Source: Eledone cirrhosa
Lineage: Eukaryota
Reading direction: 5' to 3'
Assembly (NCBI GenBank): GCA_964016885.1
Contig: OZ024757.1
Location: 20,832,001-20,896,000, forward strand
Length of the DNA: 64,000 nucleotides
The notes beneath the pieces are model-generated. The model saw only the letters and a list, made by a program, of their open reading frames with translations. It was not told the origin of the DNA and made no database searches. This document shows positions 14,107 through 28,011 of the stretch, in pieces. The position numbers and the translations under genes are program-made. The first letter of the stretch is position 1. Every line of letters starts with the position of its first letter.

Positions 14107-14900
14107 CTATCTACCTACCTAGATCTCCTCCCTCACCCCCTCCTCTCATGCATACATCTCTCTCTCTCTCTCCATCTACCTAGATCTCCTCCCTCTACTC
14201 TCCCTCTCCTCCATCACTCCCTTTCTCCTCCCTCTCCTCTTTAACCCCCCCACTCCCACCCCCTCTTCTCATGCATACATCTCACTCTCTCCCTCTCTCT
14301 CTCCATCTACCTAGATCTCCTCCCCCTACTCTCCCTCTCCTCCATCACTCTCTTTCTCCTCCCTCTCCTCTTTACGCCCCACCTCCACCCCCTCTTCTCA
14401 TGCATACATCTCTCTTCCTCCCCATCTACCTAGATCTCCTCCCTCTACTCCCCCTCTTCTCCATCACTCCCTTTCTCCTCCCTCTCCTCTTTACCCCCCC
14501 ACTCCCACCCCCTCTTCTCATGCATACATCTCACTCTCTCCCCCTCTCTCTCCATCTACCTAGATCTCCTCCCCCTACTCTCCCTCTCCTCCATCACTCC
14601 CTTTCTCCCCCCTCTCCTCTTTAACCCCCCCCCACTCCCACCCCCTCTTCTCATGCATACATCTCACTCTCTCCCCCTCTCTCTCCATCTACCTAGATCT
14701 CCTCCCTCTACTCCCCCTCTTCTCCATCACTCCCTTTCTCCTCCCTCTCCTCTTTACCCCCACTCTCACCTCCCTCACCCCTCTTCTCATGCATACATCT
14801 CTCTCTCTCCATCTACCTAGATCTCCTCCCTCTACTCTCCCTCTTCTCCATCGCTCCTCTTCCTCCTCCCTCTCCTCTTTACCCCCCACCCCACCCCCTA
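13985..14900. repeat. Polypyrimidine tandem repeat, variable units up to about 135 bp
   Basis: Recurring atgcatacatctc and atctacctagatctcc anchors in CT-rich DNA. Confidence 0.9.
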
Positions 14901-15328
14901 CCAACATCACCACCATCTGTGAAACAACACAAGTCTGACATATCTACAGGTACAGTGATGGCGACATATCCTTACAACACAGACATACTCTACTACTTAC
15001 ACTCAGACAACACAAAATATTATTCATGGTTCTTGAGCTGGGATTTTTACTAACTTTGATTATAAAGGATGAATGAATGACTATATATATATATATAAAA
15101 CACTTGCCATTCACCAGAGCAAACACAGATGACCATTACTGGTGTATTAAGTGATTTGGGGAAAAAACATTTTCCTTGATACTTCAAATGATAGATCGGT
15201 TAAACAATACGTGAGTCAACATTGCAAGATAAACACACAAACAACAAAACCTATGATTATTGTTCTGCTGTAGTAGACACAGGCACTGCAATGGATATTT
15301 CTTGCCTATTTCCACACATGAACATATA

Positions 15329-15383
<55 letters not shown>

Positions 15384-15413
15384 ACTCACGTACATACACA
15401 CAAACATATATAT

Positions 15414-16142
15414 ATCATCATCATCATCATCATCATCATTTTACGTCCGCTTTTCCCTGCTTGCAAGGGTGGGACGGGTCTTATTCAGCACAGCATCTCT
15501 CCACTCGTCACGGTCCCTCGTCATCTCCACCGTGAGCTTCAATGATCTGAGGTCTGTTCTCACCACCTCCGCCCATGTTTTTCGTGGTCTACCTCTACCA
15601 CGTCTTCCTTCAACTGGCATTTCCTGGCACTTCTTCACCCATCGGTCATCCTCCATGCGCATCACATGTCCATACCACCTCAGTCTCCTCTCCCGTACAC
15701 TACATTCTATCCCTCTCAGACACAGTTTCTCTCTCAACACATTTATGCTGGGTCGTTCAAGCACATTTACACTGCACATCCAACGGAGCATGCTTGCCTC
15801 ATTTCTCTCCAGCCGTCGCATATCTTCTGCGGTTGCTGCCCATGTCTCACTACCATGCAGCATCGCGCTCCTCACACAGGCATCATACAACCGGCCTTTC
15901 GTACGCAGGGAGAAACCCTTCTTCGTCAACAGAGGAAGCAGCTCCCTAAACTTCTTCCAACCCGTCCTTATTCTAGATACTATGGCCTCGGAACACCCTC
16001 CTCCCATGCTAATCTGATCTCCTAGGTACCGGAAGCTATCCACCACTTCTATAGCGCCCTCTCGCATTTGAAAAATGTGTCTATCAGTGCGACTTCTACT
16101 GTCTAATTTCCCTGTACATCTACTGCATACATATTTCTCCCT
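15414..16142 (-). mobile_element. Young RTE LINE (family 1), 5'-truncated; uninterrupted C-terminal part of the RT ORF
   Basis: ORF 15441-16160: FRYLG, LHGSETW, RRLRWYGHVMRM, RGRGRPRKTW; (ATG)n tail. Confidence 0.95.
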
Positions 16143-16461
16143 ATATACATCCAGTGGCAAGGCTCCAGTTCGGGAGTTCAGGAGATGTGGGGAATGTGGA
16201 GTTACCCCTTAGTTGTCATGACTCCCAGGTCTGCCCTGGCCCGGGGTGGGAGTACCTGTTAGGGCTCCATTTATGGGTTAAATAACTACCTTATTCGAGT
16301 GGCGCCGGTAAGGTATTGTCAGCCATTGAAAAGAAATATGGAGAGTCGATCTAACAGCACTAGGGTTAGAGTCCCTAATTACACTGGAGAGAACTCGTCC
16401 ATGGATCTCGGGAATTTTACCCGCCTTAGATAGATAGATATATATATATATATATATATAT

Positions 16462-16740
16462 ATACATTATGAAGAGAGAAGGAACATTTAGATATAATTA
16501 GTAATAAAATGTATCATACCTAAACTGCTCCTAGATTCCTCGACTACGTAGTTTCGTGGCATAAATGATATAGGTATGATACATTTTATTACTAATTATA
16601 TCTAAATGTTCCTTCTCTCTTCATAATGTATTTTTAACTCTGATACTGGTTCAGTCTGGTTCAACCGGATTGGTCTGTCCCAGTCATTCATTGAGCAACA
16701 TCGGTGAGGTTGGCACCCTTAACTCACGGTTGGGTGTGGA
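16462..16740. mobile_element. Fold-back Penelope-like remnant with 3' half of a hammerhead
   Basis: Arms about 16462-16521 and 16570-16631; spacer reads GAAA-CTACGTAG-TC on the minus strand (palindromic stem III, GUC site). Confidence 0.7.
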
Positions 16741-16812
16741 TGCATTCATGTATATGTATGTGTCCGCATGTATCCGTGTGTTTCTAAATATATATATATA
16801 TATATATATATA

Positions 16813-17020
16813 TACATTATTCCGGGTTGAATCGGAGGTAACGACAGTAAGTAAGGTACTCAATACATTGCAGAGTATAAAAGTTTTAATATAGATGAGA
16901 TTCTACAGGACTAGAACTGTTTCATTCTTTAGAAATCATCAGGAATTTCCAGATTCCTGATGATTTCTAAAGAATGAAACAGTTCTAGTCCTGTAGAATC
17001 TCATCTATATTAAAACTTAT
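16813..17020. mobile_element. Fold-back Penelope-like remnant with two opposed hammerheads
   Basis: Arms about 16881-16946 and 16953-17018, both ends in (TA)n; minus-strand hammerhead at 16898-16946. Confidence 0.75.
16951..17001 (+). ncRNA. Type I hammerhead ribozyme motif
   Basis: AGATTC-CTGATGA-TTTC taaa GAAT-GAAA-CAG..CTG-TA-GAATCT. Confidence 0.78.
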
Positions 17021-17158
17021 ATATATATATATATAAACACTCACGTACATACACACAAATACAAATATATATATATATAAACACTCACATACATACGCAC
17101 AAACACACACACATATATATATAAATATATAAATATATATAGAGTTTTAATATAGAAG

Positions 17159-17209
17159 AGCTTCTACAGGACTATAACTGTTTCATTCGTGAGAAATCAT
17201 CAGGAAGCT
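17159..17209 (-). ncRNA. Type I hammerhead ribozyme motif in Penelope-like remnant 17141-17363
   Basis: AGCTTC-CTGATGA-TTTC tcac GAAT-GAAA-CAG..CTG-TA-GAAGCT; stem I covaries with the 16951 copy (AGATTC/GAATCT). Confidence 0.8.
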
Positions 17210-17363
17210 GACTGTCCAATTTGGTGGTATTTATATCTTTTCTGGTGGTAGGAGAGGGTGGGGAGGTGGATGGTTGGAGGTCATTGGTTGAAAGAAAAGG
17301 GAATTCTTTAAAAGTTAATTCTTTAAAGTTATAATTTATATTCCGATTCAACCCGGAATAACT

Positions 17364-17410
<47 letters not shown>

Positions 17411-17481
17411 ATACCTACACATATGTATATGTGAGTGTGTGATTATGTTTATATGTATGTGTATATATACATATATATATA

Positions 17482-17937
17482 TATGATGCCTGTGTGAGGA
17501 GCGCGATGCTGCATGGTCAGCAACTGCAGAGGATATGCGACGGCTGGAGAGAAATGAGGCAAGCATGCTCCGTTGGATGTGCAGTGTCAATGTGCGTGAA
17601 CAACCCAGCATGGATGTGTTGAGAGAGAAACTGTGTCTGAGAGGGATAGAATGTAGTGTACGGGAGAGGAGACTGAGGTGGTATGGACATGTGATGCGCA
17701 TGGAGGATGACCGATGGGTGAAGAAGTGCCAGGAATTGCCAGTTGAAGGAAGACGTGGTAGAGGTAGACCACGAAAAACATGGGCGGAGGTGGTGAGAAC
17801 AGACCTCAGATCATTGAAGCTCACGGTGGAGATGACGAGGGACCGTGACGAGTGGAGAGATGCTGTGCTGAATTAGGACCCGTCCCACCCTTGCAAGCAG
17901 GGAAAAGCGGACGTAAAATGATGATGATGATGATGAT
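17482..17937 (+). mobile_element. Young RTE LINE family 1, 5'-truncated, long flanking duplication
   Basis: ORF 17535-17876; flanks 17401-17458 and 17946-18001 duplicated. Confidence 0.95.
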
Positions 17938-17991
17938 ATATATATACACATACATACCTACACATATGTATATGTGAGTGTGTGATTATGT

Positions 17992-18038
<47 letters not shown>

Positions 18039-18482
18039 GGAGTGAAAGACTCCCTGTTGTTGTCAGAAACCTTTCTAAGAGAGGGAATCTCTGAAAATAA
18101 AAAACCTGCGGCTTCAGAAGCATCCAATGATGTTGACCAGTTCTCCTGTTCCGGTAGTTTTTGATGTTCAGAGAGTGGGATTGGTCGAGTGCAAGGCCTT
18201 TCCCCACTTAAAAAACCCCTTCAAAGCGCAGGCTTGCTTGTTCAGGATATGTTACAGGTTCGTGTGGCTGGTATAGCCTAAAAGTGCACTAAACTCTATA
18301 ATCTGACAAGAGATTGCAATACTCTTAGCAGAGTTTACAACCATCATATCTATCTATCTATTGGGGAAAATAGATTAATTTTAAATTACATTTGTGATAG
18401 CATTTTACACGTTTTTATTGTATGTAAACTTCCCCCTTTGTATTTGTCCGCTTCTCTTGTGCCCCTGTGGCTAATAAAGAAA

Positions 18483-18525
<43 letters not shown>

Positions 18526-18547
18526 GCTCTCTCTCTCATATATATAT

Positions 18548-18800
18548 CATCATCATCATCAACGTTTAACGACCGTGTTCCACGCTTGCATGGGTTTGGA
18601 CGGGGGTTTTCCCACTTGAGGCAAGAGTGATTGTCTTGTTCGCATAGGACTGTCTGGCAGGTTTTCTACAGTTGGATGCCCTTCCTAACACCAACCACAT
18701 TTACAGTGTGGGTCTGGGAGGTTTTTACCGTGTTGCCTACACGGCCACATTACAGCGTGGACTGTGTGTTTTTTTGTCGTGACACCTACACGATCTCATT
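18548..18800 (-). mobile_element. SINE family A-related 3' fragment (older subfamily); similar at 50620-50840 and 51355-51620 (+)
   Basis: ggatgcccttcctaacaccaacc motif, 48-bp internal units, (CAT)n tail. Confidence 0.75.
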
Positions 18801-18815
18801 TGTTTCGGCCTGGAT

Positions 18816-18887
<72 letters not shown>

Positions 18888-18929
18888 TTCAAAATATTAA
18901 TAAATGAAAAAATATTCTCATAACCAAAA

Positions 18930-19000
18930 TATATATTTTATTATACATATTTCAAAGGTACAATGGTGTCTAAGTACGTTTTCATCAAATAAAATATATA
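18930..19000 (-). ncRNA. Type I hammerhead motif, core mutated (UUGAUGA)
   Basis: 12-bp stem I, stem II AAACGTAC/GTACCTTT, GAAA-TATGT-ATA; same family as 5137 and 54902. Confidence 0.68.
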
Positions 19001-19086
19001 AGAGATTGGATATGCAACATACCGCTACGGTTTTGATTATTCAATTCCAATAGTGGCAGTTATATATATGTATATATATATATGTA

Positions 19087-19130
<44 letters not shown>

Positions 19131-19135
<5 letters not shown>

Positions 19136-19458
19136 GTTAGAGCATTGGCCTTGCAATCGAAAGGTTGTGAGTTCATTTCTCAGACTGGGTGATGTTTTGT
19201 TTCCTTGAGCAAGACACTTTATTTCACATTGCTCCAGTTTACTCAGCTGTAGAAATGAGATGATAGGGACTGGGGTCCCTATTGCCACTGCAAAGTGGTC
19301 GTGCAGGTGCCACGGCAAAAGAGCACCCAGCACTCACTGTAAATGAGGTTGGTGTTAGGAAGGGCATCCAGCTGTAGAAATCAAGCCAGAATCAGTTCCC
19401 GTCCCACCCTTGCAAGCAGGGAAAAGCGGACGTAAAATGATGATGATGTTGATGATGA

Positions 19459-19460
<2 letters not shown>
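19131..19460 (+). mobile_element. SINE family A
   Basis: tRNA-like head, core, RTE-type 3' end, (ATG)n tail, inserted in (TA)n. Confidence 0.92.
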
Positions 19461-19549
<89 letters not shown>

Positions 19550-19856
19550 AAAAAGTAGAGGATCTACCATGAGCTTGGTGTTTTCAGCTTGGTGTTTACT
19601 GCAGACTATCAGTATATATATATATATATATATATACACATACACACATATATATATATATATATATGTACACACTGGTATCTCTGTTTATGGTAGGGTG
19701 TATAATCTTGTTAGAACTCCATGCAGTCTTGAAGTGATCTTTTGTTTTATTTTCATTGTTCAAGACACATACACACACACAAATATATTAACTGGACTTT
19801 CGCAAACGTTGAAGTGTTTGCCTGCGACATATCAACTCTCTCACATAATTATGTTA

Positions 19857-19944
19857 ACATCTGATGATGTCACACCTGTGCCACTCGCTGTTGTAATGAT
19901 TGTAAAACAGCTACACACTGGTGTCACTGAAATATGTATTATCC
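19857..19944 (+). ncRNA. Type I hammerhead motif, weak stem I
   Basis: CTGATGA-TGTCACACC..GGTGTCACT-GAAA-TATGT-ATT followed by AATAAA at 19945. Confidence 0.62.
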
Positions 19945-20035
19945 AATAAATATGATTATGTAACATCTATCTGAAAACATATTTCGTATGAACACACACA
20001 CACAGACATATATTGTTGTAGAGAGAGAGAGAGAG

Positions 20036-20090
<55 letters not shown>

Positions 20091-20934
20091 GCGTGTGTGT
20101 GTGTGTGTGTGCGTGTGCGTGTGTGTGTGTGTGTGAAAGATAAATATTGAAATATGTCAATTTGTTATGAGGTCACCATATTGTTATTACATTTTAAACT
20201 ATATAGCTCAAACTGTGAGGGTCAGTTGATTCAGAATATAAAACTTTCTTCACCAGTGAGACTTAATCTTTTTTTTTTGTGGTGGTGGGTAGAAGTAATA
20301 ATAACAATAATAACCTTAGGAAAGAAATGAGAGACCATTTTGAAAGAAAAAAAAGAAAAAGGTCCCAAGCAAAAGTAGAGCGAGGAGATTTGAGAGAGAT
20401 CTAGTGAATGTAAGAGATTACAGAAATTATAATGAGATTATAATCTAATAATTATCGGATAAAATAATAATGGTTTCTGATTTAGACACAAAGTCAACTA
20501 TTTGGAGGGGGGAGTGGAAATTGATTTAATTGATCCTTGTACATTACTGGTACTTCTGACACAAGGCCAGTAATTTGAAGGGAAGGCAGGGGGGGGGGGG
20601 GAGTCCATTAAATTGACCCCTTTGATTCTACAAGGATGAAAGGCCAGTAAGAGTGTACATTCTCTGGCACAGATGTTACAGACATGGTAAGAACAATGGC
20701 TGGTTAGCCATTGTACTGTGCTGCCTCAGGCCTCCTGCCCATTGTCAGACCTCATTGATGGCAGATTGTTATACAACTCACACCAATCTGTATCAGCCCC
20801 TCTTATGTAGTTCCTCTTGTGACTCTTTAGTCCTTACATAAGGAGGAGTTTACAGATCCAGTATCCAAGACACTGGATCTGCAAACTTCATGCCCATTAT
20901 TTATCAGGGCAGTATTGGTAGACGGTCGGACATA

Positions 20935-21113
20935 TTGGCAGTATCGGTAGACGGTCGGACATGCTTTCCAGCATAGTCGCGTCCCTTTACGATCTGAGTT
21001 CAAATCCCGCCGAGGTTAACTTTGCCTTTCATCCTTACGGGGTCGATAAAATAAAGTACCAGTAATACACTGGGATAATTGCTGGCCTTGTGCCAAAAGT
21101 AGAAACAATTATT
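20935..21113 (+). mobile_element. SINE family B
   Basis: Near-identical to 6237-6424. Confidence 0.9.
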
Positions 21114-21369
21114 ATCAGGGCTACTGGTTATATACCAACTTACCTGGACTATAACTGAATCTTGATTTGTGGAGAAAGTACATAGCTCCTTAAATTCATA
21201 GGCACATGGCCACGATATTTGGGACCTTCAAAATCTGTTAAATGTACTTATGATTGATTCAAAGGATGAATAATTACACAAATTAGGAGAAAGAGAGTAC
21301 ACATACAAACTTACATACATACGTACATACACACACACACACACACACATACACACATACATACATGTA

Positions 21370-21710
21370 TGTATCTTGGTCATAAGCTGACTATGAAAGA
21401 GTGATGCTAGAGCTGTGAAATCTTGCATGCATTAATTTCAACTCTTCTTATTAATAACTGCATTGTTTCTTTCCAGAGACTATGTTGAAAAATAAACCTC
21501 ATTTGGTCATTCCATGAGAGTATCTTGGTCATAAGCTGACTATAAAGGAGTGATGCTAGAGCTGAGAAATCTGGCATGATTTAATTCCAGCACTTCTTAT
21601 TAATAACTGCATTGTTTCTTTCCAGGGACTATGTTGAAAAATAAACCTCATTTGGTCATTCCATGAGAGTATCTTGGTCAGACTATGAACTTTTTCAGCT
21701 GACTCGCGTA
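21370..21710 (+). mobile_element. Mariner-derived MITE with internal tandem duplication of about 146 bp
   Basis: gactatgttgaaaaataa (DYVEK*), end ...tcagctgactcgcgTA; inverted relative at 46938-47371. Confidence 0.7.
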
Positions 21711-22151
21711 GATGTTCACACACATGAAAGAATACTGGAGTGGGGTGGGGACTGTATATACAGATGAAAGGACATCAAGAACAGGTTGGTAACTGATAGA
21801 AAGGGAAGCCTTTAATAGTTCTGTGAGAGATCTTTATAGGAGTTATGTCCTCTTGCCAAACCTTCTCCATTTAATTCACAATATTGATCGACATTGAAAA
21901 ATTGACTTCAAAAATTATTTTAAGGCACTCTTACCATTATTATTGTTGTTATTGATTTTCACCCTCTCCTCTCCTTCCTTTTCACCCCCTCCCTCTCCTC
22001 CTATACACCACCATAATAATATGTGATCTAAAGTCTTTACCAAATATCACCCCATCATCTTCTCTCTCATCTTAACTACTGCAGGGTGTGGCAGGAGGTG
22101 TGGGGGGGGGGGGTGTGCTAGGAAAACAGGAGAGTTTAGCACCAACAAGCA

Positions 22152-22384
22152 TTACTACTACTGCTGCTGTTGCTGCTGTTGCTACTACTGGTGCTGCTGC
22201 CGCCACTGTTACTACTACTATTAATACTATTACTACTACTACTACCACTACCACCACTGCTGCTCCTGCTGCTGCTGCTACTACTACTACTTCCACTGCT
22301 GCTGCTGCTGCTACTACTGCTACTGCTGTTACCACTACTACTACTACTACTACTGGTGCTGCTGCTACTACAACCACCACCACC

Positions 22385-22428
<44 letters not shown>

Positions 22429-22805
22429 TACTATCAGTCTACCACCACCACCACTACTACTACCATCACCACCAATATTACCATCACTAATACTACTACT
22501 ACCACCACCACCAATACTACCACCATTAATACTACCACTACTACTACCACCACCACCAATACTACCACCATTAATACTACCACTACTACTACCACCACCA
22601 CCAATACTACCACCACCACTACTGCTACCACCACCACCAATACTACCACCACTACTACTACCACCACTACTACTGCTACTACTGGTGCTGCTGCTACTAC
22701 AACCACCACTACTACTACTACTATTACTACCAGTCTACCACCACCACCACCACCACTACTACCACTACAAATACTACCACTACTACTACTACCACTACTA
22801 CTATG
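22152..22805. repeat. CTA/CTG/CCA trinucleotide microsatellite
   Basis: Direct inspection. Confidence 0.95.
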
Positions 22806-22989
22806 ATCTTTGTACCATATCAATAGTGGAGCTCTGATGTCTAAGTTTTAAAAAGATTTCAGCTCCCTTTCATTGAACCACAGATGGGGGAGGGGCAGCT
22901 ACAAGTGCTTCTTTCAGCATGTCACTGCCTTCAAATTGCTGGCCTTGTGCCTAAATTAGAAACCGTTATTTATTTGGATTGGTGGATTG

Positions 22990-23402
22990 GTGAATTGGCG
23001 GTGAATTGGCGGTGAATTGGCAGTGAATTGGCAGTATCGGTAGAGGGTTGGAGGCTCTAGCATAGTTACGTCCCTTTACAGTCTGTGTTCAAATCCCGCC
23101 GAGGTTAACTTTGCTTTTCATCCTTATGGGGTCGATAAAATAAAGTACCAGTAATGTACTGGGTAATTGTTGGCCTTGTGCCTAAAGTAGAAACCATTAT
23201 TTATTTGGATTGGTGAATTGGCGGTGAATTGGCAGTATCGGTAGAGGGTTGGAGGCTCTAGCATAGTTATGTCCCTTTACAGTCTGAGTTCAAATCCCGC
23301 CGAGGTTAACTTTGCCTTTCATCCTTACGGGGTCGATAAAATAAAGTACCAGTAATGTACTGAGTAATTGCTGGCCTTGTGCCTAAAGTAGAAACAATTA
23401 TT
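22990..23402 (+). mobile_element. Two tandem SINE family B copies
   Basis: About 23025-23200 and 23220-23402, with repeated ggcggtgaatt 5' ends. Confidence 0.9.
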
Positions 23403-23903
23403 TATTTATTTATCTTAAATTGTTCTAAATGTAATTGTTCAAGTGAAAAGATAATTAGAATACTCATTAAAATATATATATATATATATATATCTAACTT
23501 CGATTTTATACCTAATTACGTGTAGTTAACTATATGTCTAGTCAATTTCTACAGACTAGTAGGAATATAGGTAAATATTTTGTAGCTGTATGTCGCGGAA
23601 AAGGATCTATATCATTTGTCTATTATTTCTTCATGAGTACATTTTAAACTTATAGCTTCATTTAAATGGTTTTTATGTGGTTGATTTATACTGATTGGGG
23701 GAGGAAATACTGTATATATTTTATCTAATGATTCTTTGGACTTACTTTTTTATATATATATATATAGATATATAGATAGATAGATAGATAGAGAGAGTTA
23801 GGGCAGCCATAAGACAACATATAGAATATATATGTTGTGTGAGAAAAGGAGGAATTTTCTAATGATAGCGACAATTATTTATGATAAACAATATATATAT
23901 ATA

Positions 23904-24050
23904 TATATCACAATACATTAACGGAGCCATAGACTCTCCTTTGAGCACATTATTTACAGAGAATGACGAGAGTCTATGGCTCCGTTAATGTATCGTGATA
24001 TTTCGCTCCTTATAACAGTCTTTCCTCTCTCTCTCTGTTTGGTTGAGCAC
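23904..24050. mobile_element. Short fold-back remnant at (TA)n
   Basis: Arms about 23904-23938 and 23968-24001, followed by GCTC..GAGCAC. Confidence 0.6.
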
Positions 24051-24205
24051 ACTTCTCCTAGTGGTTTTGGGCTGCCCTTTCTAGTAACTCGTCCCTTAGA
24101 GGCCACTGGTTCACTGCCCTTAAACACGCTGTGATTTCTCTCTCCCACGTGTAGCTAGACAGTCACTTTAAAACTCTCTTAGTGTTGTCTGAAATGTATA
24201 GCCTT

Positions 24206-24287
24206 ACACATGCTGATGAACCTGGGTTATTTCATTTCTGTCAACAACTTACTGACGAAACAGATCACTTTGGATTTGTACGTGTGT
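24206..24287 (+). ncRNA. Type I hammerhead motif, irregular stem II
   Basis: ACACATG-CTGATGA-..-GAAA-CAGATC actttg GATTTG-TA-CGTGTGT; 7-bp stems I and III. Confidence 0.65.
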
Positions 24288-24667
24288 TATATAGTTATGG
24301 AGGTATTTATTTACGCTTTAATTTATATTTTTAATTATCGTGTCTATATTCTGCCTTTCATAGGTTATAGATTCCATACACTGGTGGTTTTTCCCTGTTT
24401 TATTGATGGCACACTGTATCTCTCTCTAGTGTGTTACCTTTTCAACATATTGTATTTATATATATATATATATATATATATTGTTTATCATAAATATATA
24501 GAATATATATGTTGTGTGAGAAAAGGAGGAATTGTTTAACGATAGCAAGAATTATTTATGATAAACAATATATATATAAAAACAAATAACGAAACGAAAT
24601 TAAATTTCGTTTCGTTTGTAACTCACTTTTGTATGACTGACGCTTAAACATGTACATTTTTAACTTA

Positions 24668-24691
<24 letters not shown>

Positions 24692-24698
<7 letters not shown>

Positions 24699-25020
24699 AA
24701 GAGTGAAGAATAACATGGTCAACAGTACAAAAACGGTTTTATTTACAGTATTAACAATTGTTTCATTGGTATATTTTTATCTGATGATTTGGTTGAGCAT
24801 ACATTGTATTTAAAATTGAGTGACACAACTTCAAGTGATTAGCAATTTTAAGACAACTTAACCAATGAAACAATTGTTAATACTGTAAATAAAACCCTTT
24901 TTGTACTGTTGACCATGTTATTTTCCACTCTTTCACTATTGTTACTCCAAGATAAACTTACATAGGAACTCCTGTGAACTCATATACTCGCTACCTAAAG
25001 AAACCTCTTGTTGAGTCAAA
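24692..25020. mobile_element. Fold-back Penelope-like pLTR remnant
   Basis: Arms about 24692-24770 and 24861-24939, left arm abuts (TA)n. Confidence 0.72.
24778..24882 (+). ncRNA. Type I hammerhead motif, long stem II insert, weak stem I
   Basis: CTGATGA-TTTGGTTGAG..CTTAACCAAT-GAAA-CAATTG-TT; palindromic stem III ACAATTGT. Confidence 0.62.
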
Positions 25021-25052
25021 CAACGCTGTACGCTAAAACTATCCACAATACG

Positions 25053-27165
25053 GTGGTGATGGTGGTGGTGGTGATGGTGGTGGTGGTAGTGGTGGTGGTG
25101 ATGGTGGTGTTGGTAGGGGTGATGGTAGGGGCGATGGTGATGGTAGGGGTGATGGTGATTGTGATGGTGATTGTGGTGGTGATGGTAGAGGTGATGGTGA
25201 TGGTGATTGTGGTGGTGATGGTAGGGGTGATGGTGATGGTAGGGGTGATGGTGGTGGTGATGGTGATTGTGGTGGTGATGGTGATTGTGGTGGTAGGGGT
25301 GATGGTGATGGTAGGGGTGATGATGATGGTGGTGGTGATGTGCTTTTTCTTATTCTGCACAGAGTAATCAATAAATTTTAGTATCATCATCATCATATCA
25401 TCTGTATTAAATAAGTGAGGTTGCATATTGATTTCATTAATTTAGCTGTGAGTGATTGGGTGAGTAAGTGGTTGGGTGGTTGGGCGGGTGGGTGAGTGGT
25501 TGGGTGGGTAGTGGGTGGGTGAGTGGTTGGGTGGGTAAGTGGTTGGTGGGTAAGTGGTTGGTGGGTAAGTGGTTGGGTGGTTGGGTGGGTTAGTGGTTGG
25601 GTGGGTGGGTGAGTGGTTGGGTGGGTGGGTGAGTGGTTGGGTGGTTGGGTGAGTGAGTGGGTGGGTGGGTGAGTGGTTGGGAGGGTGAGTGGTTGGGTGG
25701 GTGAGTGGTTGGGTGGTTGGGTGGGTGAGTGGTTGGGTGGGTGAATGGTTAGGTGGGTGGTTGAGTGGTTGGGTGGTTGGGTGGTTGAGTGGGTGGGTGA
25801 GTGTGTGAGTGAGTGGTTGGGTGGGTGGGGTGTGTGAATGGTTAGGTGGGTGAGTGGGTGGTTGGGTGAGTGGTTTGGTGGGAGGTTTGGTGGGTGAGTG
25901 GTTGGATGGGAGGTTGGGTGGGTGACGGATGGGTGAGTGGGTGGGTGAGTGGTTGGGAGGGAGGTTGGGTGGGAGGTTGGGTAGGTGATTGGGTGATTGG
26001 GTGGGGGAAATATAGAGATGGAAATAGCCACACACAGACACACACACATACACACAGACACACACAAACACACAGAGACACAGACAGACATACACAGTCA
26101 CACAGTCACACACAGACACGCACATACACGCACATACACACACATACATACACACACAGATACTACAGATGTTAACACACATTTGTATATACAGGTGCCA
26201 GCACACACACAGACACATATATATAGATGGGCCACACATACATACACATACATAGATACACAGATATATATACATAGAGACATACATACATAGATATATA
26301 AATACATACATACATTCACACATACATACATAGATATATACATACATACATAGATATATACATACATACATAGATATATATATATATATATATACATACA
26401 TAGATATATATATATACATAGATATATATATATACATACATACATAGATATACATAGATATATATATACATACATAGATATATACATACATACATACATA
26501 GATATATATATATATATATATACATACATACATACATAGATAGATATACATATACATACATAGATACATATATACATACATATATATATATACATACATA
26601 CATACATAGATATATATATATACATACATACATAGATATATATATACATACATAGATATATACATACATACATAGATATATATATATATATATACATACA
26701 TACATAGATATATATATATATATATATACATAGATACATACATACATAGATATATATATATATATATATATACATACATAGATACATACATACATACATA
26801 CATACATACATACATACATACATACGTACACCTTGCCACCAGGAAGGTGGCCGGTCAAAAAAATATACTCGAAATTAAGAGAAAGAGAAAACATGCATAC
26901 ATACACACATACATACATACATACATACATACATACATACATAGATATACATATACATACATACACACATACATACATACATACATACATACATACATAC
27001 ATACATAGATATACATACATAGATATACATACATACATACATACATACATACATACATACACACCTACATACATACATACATACATACATACACACCTAC
27101 ATACATACATACATACATACATACATACATACATGCATACATAGATATATATACACATAGAGACA
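25053..27165. repeat. Microsatellite block: (GGT/GAT)n, (GGGT/GAGT/GGTT)n, (CATA/TA)n
   Basis: Direct inspection. Confidence 0.95.
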
Positions 27166-27561
27166 TGCATAACTAAAAGCGAAACTGATGAAGTGGAATC
27201 GGTAAAGATGATGTAGCAAAGTATAATTTCAAGAAATCTCTGAATAAGTAGTGATGATAATAGAGTGGTTGATAAAGCGACTTCTAATTAATTCTTTCCC
27301 AAAACTTTAGGCAAGTACGTTGAATAATAGGAATTAGAGAAATGTGAACAATAATTAAAGGCCACACACTATTTTATCAACATATTTCAATACTTTAAAC
27401 AATATGTCTCTGACTTTAAATCTTTTCATTTCAGCTTTTTTTTGTGTTTTTTTTTTGTTTTTTTTCGATTTTCACTTTTCAATAAATATATAAATAAATG
27501 AATATAAATAATTTAAAAACTAATTTTTACATTTATACAATTGATTATGTATATATATATA

Positions 27562-27907
27562 TCATCATCATCAACATTTCTTTTTACGTCCGCTTTTTCG
27601 CTGCTTGCAAGGGTGGGATGGGGACTGATTCTGGCTTGATTTCTACAGCTGGGTGCCCTTCCTAACACCAACCTCATTTACAGTGAGTGCTGGGTGCTTT
27701 TTTTTCCGTGGCACCTCCACAACCACTTTGCAGTGGAATGATAGGGACCCCAGTCCCTATCATCTCATTTCTACAGCTGAGTAAACTGAAGCAATGTGAA
27801 ATAAAGTGTCTTGCTCAAGGAAACAACACATCACCCGGTCTGAGAATTGAACTCACAACCTTTCGATTGCAAGGCCAATGCTTTAACCACTAAGCCATGT
27901 GCCTCCA
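27562..27907 (-). mobile_element. SINE family A, full length
   Basis: Head ggaggcacatggcttagtgg, B-box gttcaattc, core, RTE-type tail. Confidence 0.92.
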
Positions 27908-28011
27908 ATATATATACATGTGTGTGTAAAAAGTAAACAGAAATAACAAAGCAAACAACACAGTACAATGAAGAAATATATTAGTGTAATCCTTGAAATA
28001 ATAGGAAAAGA

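Noticed and set aside
25450-26005. G-rich tract as telomeric repeat
   Set aside because: Units are GGGT/GAGT/GGTT, not TTAGGG arrays
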